A stretch of 64,000 bases of DNA from Octopus sinensis. Lineage: Eukaryota. Positions 13,301 through 26,699 of the stretch are shown piece after piece; the first letter of the stretch is position 1, and every line of letters starts with the position of its first letter. The position numbers were made by a program, and so were the translations under genes. The stretch spans positions 72,788,001 to 72,852,000 of the forward strand of contig NC_043008.1 in assembly GCF_006345805.1 (NCBI RefSeq), read 5' to 3'. The notes beneath the pieces are model-generated. The model made no database searches. It saw nothing but the letters and a program-made list of their open reading frames with translations, and was not told the origin of the DNA.

Positions 13301-13378
13301 GCGGTACATATGTTTCGGGCCTTTATTAGACAGATTTATAACAATGCATAATGTATGTCTGTGGCCTTCTTCAGCCGC
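13301..13378 (-). ncRNA. Type-I hammerhead ribozyme (mirror of 15094-15171)
   Basis: Reverse complement of the plus-strand copy. Confidence 0.85.
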
Positions 13379-15093
13379 GCACAACAGCTTCCACAAGGAC
13401 ATGTGTTACATCAAAAATTCTTGGTTGGGGATGCAAATCCTCTCATTCACGTACGACATAATGCGGCAGCAGCATAGAGTTGAAGCGTCCATCTCTTTCT
13501 TCTCTCAATGTAGAATGAGGAAAATTGGATGTTGAGGTAATGTAAATAAATAAATACATATATAGAGGTGAAGATGGAGGGGCGAGAGTTCGGGACGAGG
13601 GATAAAAAATGTATAAAAAGTGTAAGTATAGAATAATATAAAAATGTAGAGGATGAAGGGTTGTAAGTAGATGTAAAAGGGGTATAAAGAAATATAAAGT
13701 AAAAATAGAAATAGAAATAAAAGTAAAAAAACCTGATAAAAACATGATAAAAGTGTAAAAGAATGTAAAGATAAGGGATGTATAGAGGTTATGGACCAAG
13801 CATTGTGGTCAGGAGATTGATAAAATTTAGTTGTAGAATTGTCAGTATATCAACAGTTTCGTCTGGGGACTTAATGCGTTGTAAATCAGAGCTGATGAGC
13901 ATTTAATCTGGTTCCTTGAATTAAATGGACTTCTAGTACATACATATCATCATGGATATATACACCCACATACACGCGTACATATACGCCTCCAAGCCTA
14001 TAAGCATACACACGCACTCGCGTGTAAACATGTACATAAACACACACGCACCCACACGCACGCGCGTACACACACATACATACAACAGAATATCCGCATA
14101 TATACACGGACATTACACGCGTACACGCTCACATGTATATACGCGCGCCCATCACTACATACACACCCATATATGCCCACGCCTCTAGGTCCAGGTATAA
14201 GATATTAAAGGATGTGTATAAGAACGTATGTAAAGAATCCGGGATTCTTTACATACGTTCTTATACACATCCTTTAATATCTTATACCTGGACCTAGAGG
14301 CGTGGGCATATACGGGTGTGTATGTAGTGATGGGCGCGCGTATATACATGTGAGCGTGTACGCGCGTAATGTCCGTGTATATATGCGGATATTCTGTTGT
14401 ATGTATGTGTGTGTACGCGCGTGCGTGTGTGTTTATGTACGTGTTTACACGCGAGTGCGTGTGTATGCTTATAGGCTTGGAGGCGTATATGTACGCGTGT
14501 ATGTGGGTGTATATATCCATGATGATATGTATGTACTAGAAGTCCATTTAATTCAAGGAACCAGATTAAATGCTCATCAGCTCTGATTTACAACGCATTA
14601 AGTCCCCAGACGAAACTGTTGATGTACTGACAATTCTACAACTAAATTTTATCAATCTCCTGACCACCATGCTTGGTCCATAACCTCTATACATCCCTTA
14701 TCTTTACATTCTTTTATACTTTTATCATGTTTTTATCAGGTTTTTTTACTTTTATTTCTATTTCTATTTTTACTTTATATTTCTTTATACCCCCTTTACA
14801 TCTACTTACAACCCTTTATCCTCTACATTTTTATATTATTCTATACTTACACTTTTTATACATTTTTTATCCCTCATCCCGAACTCTCGCCCCTCCATCT
14901 TCACCTCTATATATGTATTTATTTATTTACATTACCTCAACATCCAATTTTCCTCATTCTACATTGAGAGAAGAAAGAGATGGACGCTTCAACTCTATGC
15001 TGCTGCCGCATTATGTCGTACGTGAATGAGAGGATTTGCATCCCCAACCAAGAATTTTTGATGTAACACATGTCCTTGTGGAAGCTGTTGTGC

Positions 15094-15171
15094 GCGGCTG
15101 AAGAAGGCCACAGACATACATTATGCATTGTTATAAATCTGTCTAATAAAGGCCCGAAACATATGTACCGC
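15094..15171 (+). ncRNA. Type-I hammerhead ribozyme
   Basis: gcgg CTGAAGA a ggcc [41-nt insert] ggcc c GAAAC ATAT GTA ccgc; stem I gcgg/ccgc, palindromic stem III ACATATGT, predicted GUA site at 15167. Confidence 0.85.
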
Positions 15172-17599
15172 TGAATCCTTCGCATCATGTTTTTATTTTA
15201 TTTTGATCAATTTACTCCACCACCTACACCACCAAACGGTATACACAGGTGCTTATAATTATCAAGTACTCACCCCGAATTTCTATATATATATATATAT
15301 AGGCACATATGTCTGTATAGTGTTTTATTTAAACTAATCTGATGGTTACTTAGCCTGGAGATTCTGTGGTATATAACCAGTTCCAAGGACAAATCAACAC
15401 TGGGCAGAGAGAAACAAAACAGGATTCTGACAGCAGAAAAGAAAAGGAAAGAAAATGGGCAGAGGAATTACTCAACACATTCGTAATCCATTGGCTTAAA
15501 TTACAATCTGGCTTTGGTTTGGCAGGGAGCTGTGTTCTGAAGAAAGGAAAGAGAGTGGAAAAGAAAAAGAGAGTGAGAAAAAGATTATGTCAGTGCACAA
15601 CACACACACACATGCACACACAAATACATAGGTATGTACAGTGACACAGGTAAGCAGCCTTGTATGTCACCACTCTCTTTTCATCATCCATCTTTATTCC
15701 TATCCTTTACTTTCACATTCTCTTCCATCAATGTTATCACTTTACTTCCATTGTTCTCTTGGCCTTCATCCTCTCCCACTCCCTCCATTACTGTCTATAA
15801 TCTTTATCTATTCAGTCTTCTTACCAACAGCTGACATGTTGCTGCCTATAACAGTCTCTTCTATTTCTCTTCCTTACCACTCTCTCATTCCCATCACTGT
15901 TCCTCTTCCATTTCTATTTCCAAGCTACCCTCTCCCATCCCTGTCCCTCTTTGCTACCACCCTATCATCCTATTACTCTCTTTCTCTCTCCCATTATACA
16001 CATACTCTGTCACTCTTTCTGTCAAAACTACTCCTTCTCTTAGTAGAATATACCTTGAATGAACAATGAAAGCATGAAGTAGATGACTCTTTAGTCTTAC
16101 TGAAGATGTGATAATCTCTCTAGAGCAGGTGCCACAATGAAATATTTCTTGTACATACTATAAATTGTTTGACATTAGCAAGGACATCCAGGCACAGAAA
16201 TCATGCCAATCAGGGTACTGTGAGCCAGATGTGGTCCATCAAACTGTCTACAAAGACAGTAAGACTAAATAGAAACTGGCTCAGACTATGACAACCCATC
16301 CAAACAATGATAGCATTGAAAGCAAAAGCAGAATGATAACGATGATGATGATGATGATTGTTACTAATTTCGGTACAAGACCAGTCATTTTCAGTGTAAG
16401 GGGTTAGTTGATATCATCAAACCTAGTAATTGCTTGGTACTGTATTTTATTAACCCCAGTGAGATGAAAAGCGAAGTTGATCTGAGTGAAATTTGAACTC
16501 ATAACATGTAGGATCATAATCAAAAATACTATTCGATACTCTAATGATTCTACCAACTCACTACCTCATGATGATGATGATGATGATAATGATGATAATA
16601 ATGGTATATACATACATTATAATTTAGTTGTCAAATCCCGATAGAAAGTCTCATACATTGAGTAAAGTTGTTGAACATTTTCAATATTAATGGAATTTAA
16701 TTTCCACTGACACAAGATAAGAATGATGAGGTTTTGCAAGTTGATAAAATAAAATGCTCTAAATGACCATGTTTATCAGATATCTTATTACATGAGAAGT
16801 TGCTCTGAAATACAGTAAATGTGATAGAACTATAGTTTCAATGAGATGAATTATTACTGAATAACGATGGCTTTTCCAGATTATTAAACTTGCCATCTTT
16901 CTCTCAATAGACTCTCAAAAGATGAATTTAATAGTCTGGAAAAATACATTCTACTATATTATTAAAAGTTAGCAATTAAACTTGTACACTGATGTTATTG
17001 ATGATAGTGATCTGTACGTATAAGATAAATGGTTCCCGGTCACCAATGGATTTAAAAGTTAGTAAAACTAGTAGCCAAGTTGATGTCTTATTGGATTATT
17101 GACTTGAAGATCACCATTACAGGTGTTTTATAGTCTATGTTTAGCAGAATACTAAATTCTCTATGACCTAATGCACCTTGATATCACATTATCAAAGAAT
17201 TTTGTCTGAGACAACATACTTACCTTTCTTCTTTTACAATGCTGGTCCTTTTCACATCCACTCAAAATTATATACTTGGGTCTAATTACTGGCATTTTAA
17301 AGGACCTTGGGTTGTCATCATCATCATCAACATCATGATCATTTTACATATTTTCTATGCTGCCACAGGTGGGATGATTTGATAGGATTCAATGGATCAG
17401 AGGATCATGCTTTGCTCCAATATCTCACTTTTGGCATGGTTTCTGTAGTAGGATGGCCTTCCTAACACCAATCACTTTAAAGTGTGCACTGGGTGAATTT
17501 TCTATGGCAGCAGCACTATTGTGGTTACTTTGCTATCAGCAAGACTAAAAAGCCCTTTCAGGCCCTGCATTATCACTGTACAAATTGATTACCAATATA

Positions 17600-17925
17600 A
17601 TGGGGGGCTCAGGGATGAGACCATCAGACTCGAAATCATGAGGTATTGACTTCAATTCCCAGATCAGGCTGCGTGTTGTGTCCTTGAGCAAGACACTTTA
17701 TTTCACGTTGTTCCAGTTCACTCAACTGCAGAAATGAGTTGCGGCATCATTGGTGCCAAGCTATATTAGCCTTTACGTTTCCCTTGGATGATATCAGTGG
17801 AGTGGAGAGGAGAGGTCAGTATGCATAGGTGACTAGTCTTCCAAAAACAACCTTGCCCAGACTTTTGCCTTAGAGGGTAACTTTCTTGGTGCAATCCCAT
17901 GGTCATCCATGACCAAAGTGGGGTC
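17600..17925 (+). mobile_element. tRNA-derived SINE, family C
   Basis: ttcaattccc B-box-like, tgtccttgagcaagacactttatttcacgttg core shared with 21893-22160 and 24840-25175. Confidence 0.8.
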
Positions 17926-19219
17926 TAAATGGGTGCATTATGTGCACCAGCACTGTCATGGGTAACTTCCAACTCATGAAATGAAAGATAGTCCCTTTAA
18001 TGGATATTACAGGTTCATTGTGAGAGGATGGTAATGGAGAGAAGAGCAGGAGTAGAGAAGACAGAGGAGATGGGAAAGGGATACAATAATGTCAGGGGTT
18101 AATATGAAGGATAGGAGGGACAGAGTGGTAATGGCAATTGGGTGAAATGAATAGGTGGACCAAGTGATGGAGTCGGTCTCTATTTCAACAGGGTCCAAAA
18201 CATTTCTTATTAGAGTTAATTGGGTTTTTTGTTAAGAAAAGGTCGAGACAGTGTTAGGGAAAGATTAATAGAAGGAAAAGTGAAAAGTAGCATCAAGGGG
18301 TTGGTAAGAGTGAGAGAATAGTGGGGAAGGTTGATTATGTGATGTAGAGCTACCTCACATTATACATTGATAGATAAAGTGGTGCATGAAGGAAAAAAAC
18401 ATGGAAGAGAGTAATAGAAAAGAGAGACGTAGTATTAAAGGATTAGTGGGAGTTAGTAGTAAGGGTAGCGAGGAGAGCGGAGTGGGATGAGTTGCAGGGC
18501 TATCTCGTCATTTATAGGTAAAGAAGGGTCATGCAGAGGAATAATAAGATGATGAAGAGGGATCAGTATGTATATTCACAAGGTAACAGGTCTAACTGAG
18601 CATAGTGACAGGAGAATTAGAGAGGGTGGGTAAAGGCGTTCAAGCACCATGATTTGGGTGAAAAAAGGGAAAAGAATATGGGTGGTGGAAGTATGGGAAA
18701 GGGATGTATTCAATATGCACAAATCAAGTACTTTCAGTTATTGGTGTCATGGCACAGTGAATAGATGAGACAAGAGGATACAGAATAGATACAGTGGTGA
18801 GGCGAATAAATAGTAGAGGGGTGTGAGGATATAAAATGGACAATAAACAGGGAATGCTGGTACAAAACGGTGAGTAAGGAAAAGCTGCATGCACTACCCT
18901 TGCATGGTGGGTGGGGTTCGGGTTGGGTCTTCTGCAGCACTGCATATCGCCACTCAGCATTGGTTTCATTTGTCTCCTACATAAGATGTAATAATTTTCC
19001 TTATTGAAAACATTTCATTAGCATGGATTTATCCAGAGGTTGACTTTACTATTATTCTGTTAATGAAATGGGATTCATGCAATTAAAACTTGGAAACTTT
19101 GCTGTTATAGATGAAAAGGTTTTGGATTACTGTTATTCACAGGAGAAAAAACACTCTGACCTATAATATCTGATTCATCACTCAATTGCAAATAGATTAT
19201 ATTGGATGGAGATATATGT

Positions 19220-19271
<52 letters not shown>

Positions 19272-19282
19272 TATATATATAT

Positions 19283-19786
19283 GTAGGTCCCGGGTTGATC
19301 CGGGGTTAACCACAGTAAGTAAGGTACTCAATACATAGCAGAGTAAAATTAATTTATTATATAGAAGGAGCTTCTACAGGACTAGTACTGTTTCATTCAA
19401 GAAATCTTCAGGAAGCTATTTAACAAGAATTGTAAGCATTATACATTTAGCAGGTTAAAGGAGTGGTGGTGGGGGACTTTTTTGGGGTAGGCATAGCGCA
19501 AAATATCATACTTGGGGGAGTGGTCAAGGAGTCAGTGGTAAGTTAGATGAAAGAATACATAATAAAAAAATAAAATAATAAAAAAATAAAAAATAAAAAA
19601 TAAAATAAAAAATAAAAAATAAAATAAAAAATAAAAAATAAAAAAATAGAAAAAATAAAATGTGTGCACATACATACATAAACACATATACATACACACA
19701 CACATACGTACACATGTGTGCCTATACATACCTACACATACACACATACACATACATATATATATATATATATATACACACACATA

Positions 19787-19818
<32 letters not shown>

Positions 19819-20262
19819 CACATATATATATATACACACAATCCAATACAGGCCCATTCCCTAATTTTAATTTTATTATCTTCATTTATTACTTTTGTTA
19901 TCTTTGATCGCTAGAGCTAAGGATCCTGGCGATGGCAGCATGTCCAAATTGTCTGTCTACTAGAAGGCAAGTGCTCGTTCCCGCACGCACACTCATTAGC
20001 ACGTACATACACCCATTTGTACACTCATACACATACACGTACGCACGCGTTATATTCATACATACAAACATCTACATACGTTCACGTATATACACATACG
20101 TACTCGTACCTACAGATTCATGTCTACACTTTAGGAGGCTAGTCTATATATATACACCAATAAATATACATATATATATACATATACATACATATATATA
20201 TATACACATATACACATACACACACACACGCACATATATATACACCTACATACAGATACATA

Positions 20263-20296
<34 letters not shown>

Positions 20297-20810
20297 CACA
20301 CATCCATGTACATATATATATATATATATATACATACATATATATATATATATACATACATACATACACATACATATACATACATACATACACACACACC
20401 CATATATATACACACACATACATACACATATATATACATACACAAACATATATACACACATATATATACATATACATATATACACACATACATACACACA
20501 CCTACATACATATACACACAAACACATACATACGTAAACATACATACATACATCCATACATCCATACTTACATGCACTTATACGCATACACACACCCCCA
20601 TCTATAATATATATATATATATATATATATTATATACACACTCACACATACTACATACTCATACACGCGCACATACTTACATATACATATATGCACACAC
20701 TTCCACACATATATACATACACATATACATGCAACATACATATATGCATACATACACACACCGCACTCATATATACATATATATATACACACATACACAT
20801 ACATACATAT

Positions 20811-20856
<46 letters not shown>

Positions 20857-20958
20857 CACATATACACATACACACATATACATACATATACACATACATA
20901 TATATACACATATACACATACACATACATGCACACATACACACACATACACATACACC

Positions 20959-21002
<44 letters not shown>

Positions 21003-21086
21003 TACACACACATACACATATACACATATACACTTGAATGAAACAGTACTAGTCCTGTAGAAGCTCCTTCTATATAATAAATTAAT
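19283..21086 (-). mobile_element. PLE-type insert with short inverted terminal arm, in (TA)n
   Basis: 19348-19401 is the exact reverse complement of 21033-21086 (54 bp); tail 19283-19347; interior mostly CA/TA repeat with a unique island at about 19840-20145. Confidence 0.75.
19369..19417 (-). ncRNA. Type-I hammerhead ribozyme with reduced stem II
   Basis: Minus strand: agcttc CTGAAGA tttcttgaat GAAA CAG tactagtc CTG TA gaagct; stem I agcttc/gaagct, stem III ACAG/CTGT, predicted GUA site at 19375. Confidence 0.75.
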
Positions 21087-21149
21087 ATATATATATATTG
21101 TTATATATATGTATATATATATATATGTATATACATATATATATATATG

Positions 21150-21192
<43 letters not shown>

Positions 21193-21214
21193 ACATATAT
21201 ATATAAACAATATC

Positions 21215-21880
21215 TAATCATCATCATCATCGTTTAATGTCCGCTTTCCATGCTAGCATGGGTTGGACGATTTGACTGAGGACTGGCAAACCAGATGGCT
21301 GCACCAGGCTCCAATCTTGATCTGGCAGAGTTTCTACAGCTGGATGCCCTTCCTCACGCCAACCACTCCGAGACTGTAGTGGGAGCTTTTATGTGCCACC
21401 GGCACGAGGGCCAGTCAGGCGGTACTGGCAACGGCCCTGAGAAAATAGTGTTTTTTTATGTGTCACCTGCACACCGGCACAAGTGCCAGTAAGGCGACAC
21501 TGGTAACGATCACACTTGAATGGTGCTTTTTACATGCTACCGGTATGAACACCAGTTAGCTGCTCTGGCAATGATCATGCTCGGATGGTGCTCTTAGTGC
21601 TCTACTAGCACAGATGCCAGTCATTGAATTTGATTTCGATTTTGATTTCACTTGCCTCAACAGGTCTTTGCAGGCAGTGTCCAATGAAGGGAAGGTACAC
21701 ATAAGTGGGCTGGTTACACTCCTGGCATAGGCCACAAGGTCTCACTTGGCTTGCCAGGTCTTCTCAAGCCAACATATTTCCAAAAGTCTCAGTCACTGGT
21801 CATTGCCTCGGTGAGGCCTAATGTTCAAAGGTCGTGCTTCATCACTTCATCCCAGGTCTTCCTGGGTCTACCTCTTCCAT
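21215..21880 (-). mobile_element. RTE-3'-end-related interspersed repeat with (GAT)n tail
   Basis: catcatcatcgtttaatgtccgctttccatgctagcatggg and ctggatgcccttcct..gccaaccact recur at about 1270-1430, 2380-2560, 3770-3910, 17320-17540, 40630-40830, 42090-42250. Confidence 0.65.
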
Positions 21881-21892
21881 ATATCCAGCGAA

Positions 21893-22160
21893 GGTGCATG
21901 GCTCAGTGGTTAGAGCATCGAGCTTATGACCATGAGGTTGTGAGTTCAAATCCTGGCCTGAGCTGTATGTTGTGTTCTTGAGCAAGACACTTTATTTCAC
22001 GTTGCTCAAGTTCATTCAGCTGTAGAAATGAATTGTGACATCACTGATGCAAAGCTGTATTGCCCTTTGTGTTTCCCTTGGATGACATCGGTGGCATGGA
22101 GAGGGGAGGCTGGTATGCATGGGTGACTGCTGGTCTTCCATAAACAACCTTGCCTGGACT
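21893..22160 (+). mobile_element. tRNA-derived SINE, family C
   Basis: A box tggctcagtgg and B box gagttcaaatcc. Confidence 0.85.
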
Positions 22161-22499
22161 ATGTTGATGCTATTTGGCTCTGATTAAAGCGATCCATGAT
22201 AAAAATGTCCTTTGTTGTTTTAAAGGTGGCAGATTGTAATTTTAAAGAAATTTGATTGCTATTTCTAATATGTTGAGTACTTACATAGCCACTTCACTCA
22301 ATTCTTTGTTGTTGTTGCTTTTTTGTTACTTAGATATATAAAAGTGCAGAGTAATGGCAGTGTTCCATAATAAAATATATACATAATAAGGTGCATACAT
22401 ACTGTTTTTAACACAGTTTTTGTTATTAAGAACTAAAAAAAAATAATCTTAGCTCTGAGTATGAAGAACTGCATAAGATTGATAATGACTGCAGCAGCC

Positions 22500-23090
22500 T
22501 TGCTGGTAGAAATAGTAGTTTACACACTTCGTCTTTTAAACTCTATATGACTACATATGTAACAAAGTACACTCAGTTACACCTGTGCTCTTGGCCACAT
22601 TGAGCAGCAAACTGACACACAGGTTTCTGTGGCTGTGGTTTTCTCAACACCTGGACATGTGAGCTTAGCTTCTCTCATGTTGGTTATGGCCTCCTCTTTC
22701 TTTTTCACTGCAGTGGTGTCCATCTGAAAGTTATTTTTGTATGGCATACTCCTGGCAGGTGGAATATGTAACCAGTTAGTTTTAATCTTTATTCTATGAT
22801 GGTCTAGCTAAGTTGTCTTATGTTGATTCTTTTGAGTATGTCTTTATTGGTTACCTAGTCTTGCCAGTATGTTCTCAGAATCCTTTCCAAGAATCTTTGG
22901 TGGAAGGTATTTAGTTTTCTATTAATTTTCACAGTGCTCTTTCATATCTTACTGACATAGAGAACTATCAGAAGAACTATGTCATTATAGAGACAGATTT
23001 TTGTGTGTAAGCTGATGTTGTTGGAGGACCAGATAGAATGCATTCTATGGAATATAGTTGCAGCTCTGCCAATTCCATGGTTGACATAAC
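22500..23090 (-). mobile_element. Degenerate RTE LINE 3' fragment
   Basis: Minus-strand translation gives KICLYNDIV and LNTFHQRFLERILRTYWQD*VTNKDIL, typical of the RTE ORF C-terminal region. Confidence 0.65.
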
Positions 23091-24071
23091 AAAACACACT
23101 AATTATGTGTTTTAATTACTTTTGGAATCATTCAAAAATTTAGAGATTATATTTGCAGTTCTCTAGAAAAGCATGTCCAGGCTATTTGTTCTTTGATAAC
23201 CTAGGGAATAATTACTTTGCTTGGAAACAGCTAATGATAGTTGGCATCAGGAAAGGCATTCAGCCATAGAGTATTCTACCTCAACAAAATCTTGTTTCAC
23301 CTGCACAAGGTTTGGACCATAGATGCTCCAATTAAGGTATATTGATGGTGATGAACCAAATTTTTCATCGTAAATCTGAAGTTTGGAAGGTAACAAAAGG
23401 GTTCTCACATAAATATATAATGGTAAGGCTTCATGTCAAAAATAACACTTTTCAACAGGATGTTTTGAATGGAAACTAAAAATGTGTTGGTCTGTGGAAA
23501 GTTAATATAAAACAGACTATAGTCTTAAAACACATAAGCCTGAAATATCTTAATCTGATTGCAATCAAATAATCGTTGTTATTTCAGTTTGATGAAAATA
23601 CATTTAAAACTGACACATTTAATATAAAAGAATTAAATAAAAAAAGTTATGGAAATAGTGAATTGCAAACCTACTTATAGAAATATATTTATCACTGTTT
23701 CAGTTTAATGTTTAGGTGTTTATTTAATATTTAATTAATGTATGATAGCAAACAATATTTCATTCTTTTTAACTTTGTCATATATATTCATATATGTGGG
23801 TGTGTGTGTAAATACACATGCACACATGCATATTCTATATATATGTGTGTGCATATATATATACATATCTATCTATCTATATATATGTATATATATATAT
23901 ATGTATGTATGTATGTGTGTGTGCATATATATATATAGATAGATAGATAGATATACACATATATGTATGTGTATATATATTTATAGTGCTATCTTCATTC
24001 AAATAGGTTCAGTTGAACTGGGCTACCAGATTTAGTCTTCAATACATGACACAGGTGCAGTTTTATAAGTG

Positions 24072-24104
<33 letters not shown>

Positions 24105-24839
24105 GCATGTGTATATGTGTGGGGGTGAATATATATATATGTATGTGTGTGTGTAACATAGTTTATTTGTCTACATCTTGGTTTTTTGTCACTCTTTTGA
24201 TGGTAGCATGGGTTAGACAAATATATTATCAGGGCATTATTTTACAGATGGATACCATTTTTGCCACCAACAGCTTGCATTTCTTTTTTTTTTTTTTTAG
24301 AGCAAGAAATATTCACACATTTTCACTTGAAGATTACAATTTTACAGACTGCAAACTAAACACAAACAAACACACACACACAGAATGAGTGATAAAAGAA
24401 TACTCAGGGTTCTCAGCTTGATAGTGGACAGAGGTATGTTGGTTGTCCATGGTTCAGATATCAGGACAAGCTTAAGAGTATCCTCTCAGCAGTCAATATA
24501 TCTCACAACACCATTGAGCAAACAGCCTCGGGATGAACAAAATGGGGATCATCGTGTCAAAATTCTAAAAGAGACTTTGTTTCAATCAACATTAACTGGC
24601 TAAGTGCTGCAGGGCAAAGGAGAAAAGCAGCTGCAAATATACTGCCTGCACCACCTGGACTGACCCATAATCCACATACTTGTAACATCTGCAAGCTAAA
24701 TTGCAAATCGTTGGTGGGACTCAAATGCCACATTCGACATATGCAATATGACTGACAAAGGAAGTGTAGGTTGTTAGATCCTCATATGTTGAAACTGGTG
24801 AGAGAGTTTATCATCTAGTATATATAAGCTGCAGTTGCT

Positions 24840-25175
24840 GAGACCCCCTTTGGTCATGACTAACCATGGGATTGCACCTAAAAAGTTACCCTCCCAGGCA
24901 GAAGTCTGGGCAAGGTTGTTTATGGAAGACCAGCAGTCACCCATGCATACCAGCCTCTCCTCTCCACACCACCAGTATTAACCAAGGGAAAGGCAACGGC
25001 CGATACAGCTTGGCACCTGTGATGTCGCAACTCATTTCTACAGCTGAATGAACTGGAGCAACATGAAATAAAGTGTCTTGCTCAAGAACACAACACACAA
25101 TCTGGTTTGGGATTCAAACTCCCAACCTCACGATTGTAAGCTCGATGCTCTAACCACTGAGCCATGCACCTTCAC
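24840..25175 (-). mobile_element. tRNA-derived SINE, family C
   Basis: Reverse complement of the 21893 copy. Confidence 0.85.
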
Positions 25176-25197
25176 ATAAGTTGTGTGTGTATAATGA

Positions 25198-25330
25198 CTA
25201 AGACATACATTTCCACAATTCTCAACCGATTTTCACCAAACTTTGCACACCATTACTTATGTCCCAATGATGGTCATGCATTATAACATTTTGCCCAGAG
25301 CTCCTGCGTAATTGGACATAAATAGACAGA
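25198..25330 (+). mobile_element. Non-autonomous Helitron/Helentron-like remnant
   Basis: Core-like motif caaccgattttcaccaaactttg following a TG tract. Confidence 0.4.
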
Positions 25331-25623
25331 TTTTTTATGAAGGGTCTTCCATACTTTTTAAATCTCTTTATAAAAGTGAAAGGATTTTGTCTATGTATTT
25401 CCGTTGTCCACCTACAACAGTGATTCAGTTGACTAGGAACACTGTATGCAATGAACATCCAATGCCAAATTATCTTAATCTACATAATTAAACTGTAGTA
25501 AACTTTGGCAAGCTTACCTTTATCTATTCTGAGTTACTTGAAAGGTGATGATCCCTTCCCTCTCTTCCATTTGTTGATACTGTACTTTCACTTTAAGAAT
25601 GCTTATTTACCTGTCCATTATAA

Positions 25624-25914
25624 CAGTGCTTTTCAAACTATCTGATGTGGCATACTGGCAGTTTTTTCTTTCCAATATGACAGGTACCAGTAATATTTCT
25701 TAGTAATATTAATTTCTACCAGAAACAATATATATAATGAATATAGTAAAAGGTAACAATTTCTTTTAACTTATATTTATTTTGTAAACAAATAATACAA
25801 TATTTTATAAGCATTTTATAGTGTTTCTTTCTTTTCTGGAAAATCATCTCGTACCATCAGCTAATGGCTCGCGGACTGGCACCGGTCCGTGAACCACCAC
25901 TCTGAGTAACACTG
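25624..25914 (+). mobile_element. Non-autonomous hAT (Charlie-like) MITE
   Basis: CAGTG...CACTG termini; 8-bp TSD cattataa/cattatgt (6 of 8). Confidence 0.8.
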
Positions 25915-26699
25915 CATTATGTTATTTTGACTGTTGTCCATTGTTTCCAACATGCTTTAGCATTATCATTCTAGCCCTTTTTAAACACTCACATACGATT
26001 CATTCCAAAGAATCAAACTTTAAATAAGAGTTTTGTTTCCAAAAAGTTCCATACCAATTTAACTTTATGTGGCATTTACTGTTAGTTTATGCACAGGCTA
26101 TGTGGGAAGGCAGAATAAAGGGGCTTTGGTTAGCTTATTTGTCTGAAAAAATAGCTCCCTTTGCTGTTGTATAAAATAAACTTGCAGAGGAGAAGTTTCA
26201 ACATCTTTCTTCAATTTCCTTACATCATTTATGTGGCTGTTTCTGACAAGAAATTTCGCTTTCATGTAAAACAACTATATTTTGTAGCCATTATCCATAA
26301 TTTACTCCCAAAGCACTTTAGTAGCTCTATTTTGCATCACTTGCAAACTTATATGCTCTATGATCATTGAAGTGCAATGACCTTCACAATAACCAGCTTT
26401 CAATTTCATTTTCCGTTCCTAGTTTAATCAGAAACATAGATTGCTGTGTTACTCATAAACCTTCTCAGTAGTAAAGTTATTTGGTGAAAAAAATACCACT
26501 TAAACAGTTCAAAGGACAGGTGTGTTTGCTAGTATATATATAAACTAAGTTTCTTTAACTTATATGTACACATTGATATATATAAATTTAAATACATTCT
26601 GTTCATAAAATGAAGTACTTTTTGTATGCTACCTCAGATTTCAGGTATGAACAGCTTTACCTCCAACTCGATTTCATTCAAGTAAACATTGGGCCGATT

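Larger units (their letters stand above)
13261..15282 (+). mobile_element. PLE-type near-perfect 1.95-kb palindrome plus tail, in (TA)n
   Basis: Arms 13261-14240 and 14242-15211 around centre aagaatcc-g-ggattctt; mirrored ORFs in the track (13284+/14937-, 13443-/14673+); tail 15212-15282. Confidence 0.92.

Noticed and set aside
13835-13884. Short frame YINSFVWGLNAL* reminiscent of a GIY-YIG end
   Set aside because: Bounded by stops and antisense to the ribozyme and tail orientation; likely chance.
13886-13935. CTGATGAG followed by hairpin catttaat/attaaatg
   Set aside because: No GAAA after the hairpin, so not a hammerhead core.
13443-15188. Paired ORFs of 83 and 118 aa on opposite strands
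   Set aside because: Mirror products of the palindrome, low complexity, no domain.
13261-15211. Palindromes as fold-back sequencing artefacts
   Set aside because: Arms carry private substitutions and indels, have one-sided tails and sit in intact flanks (for example the SINE halves at 36455-37955). Not fully excluded without reads.
21893-21960. tRNA gene (also 25105-25172 and 60536-60605)
   Set aside because: A and B boxes are present but no acceptor stem closes, and each continues into a multicopy SINE body.
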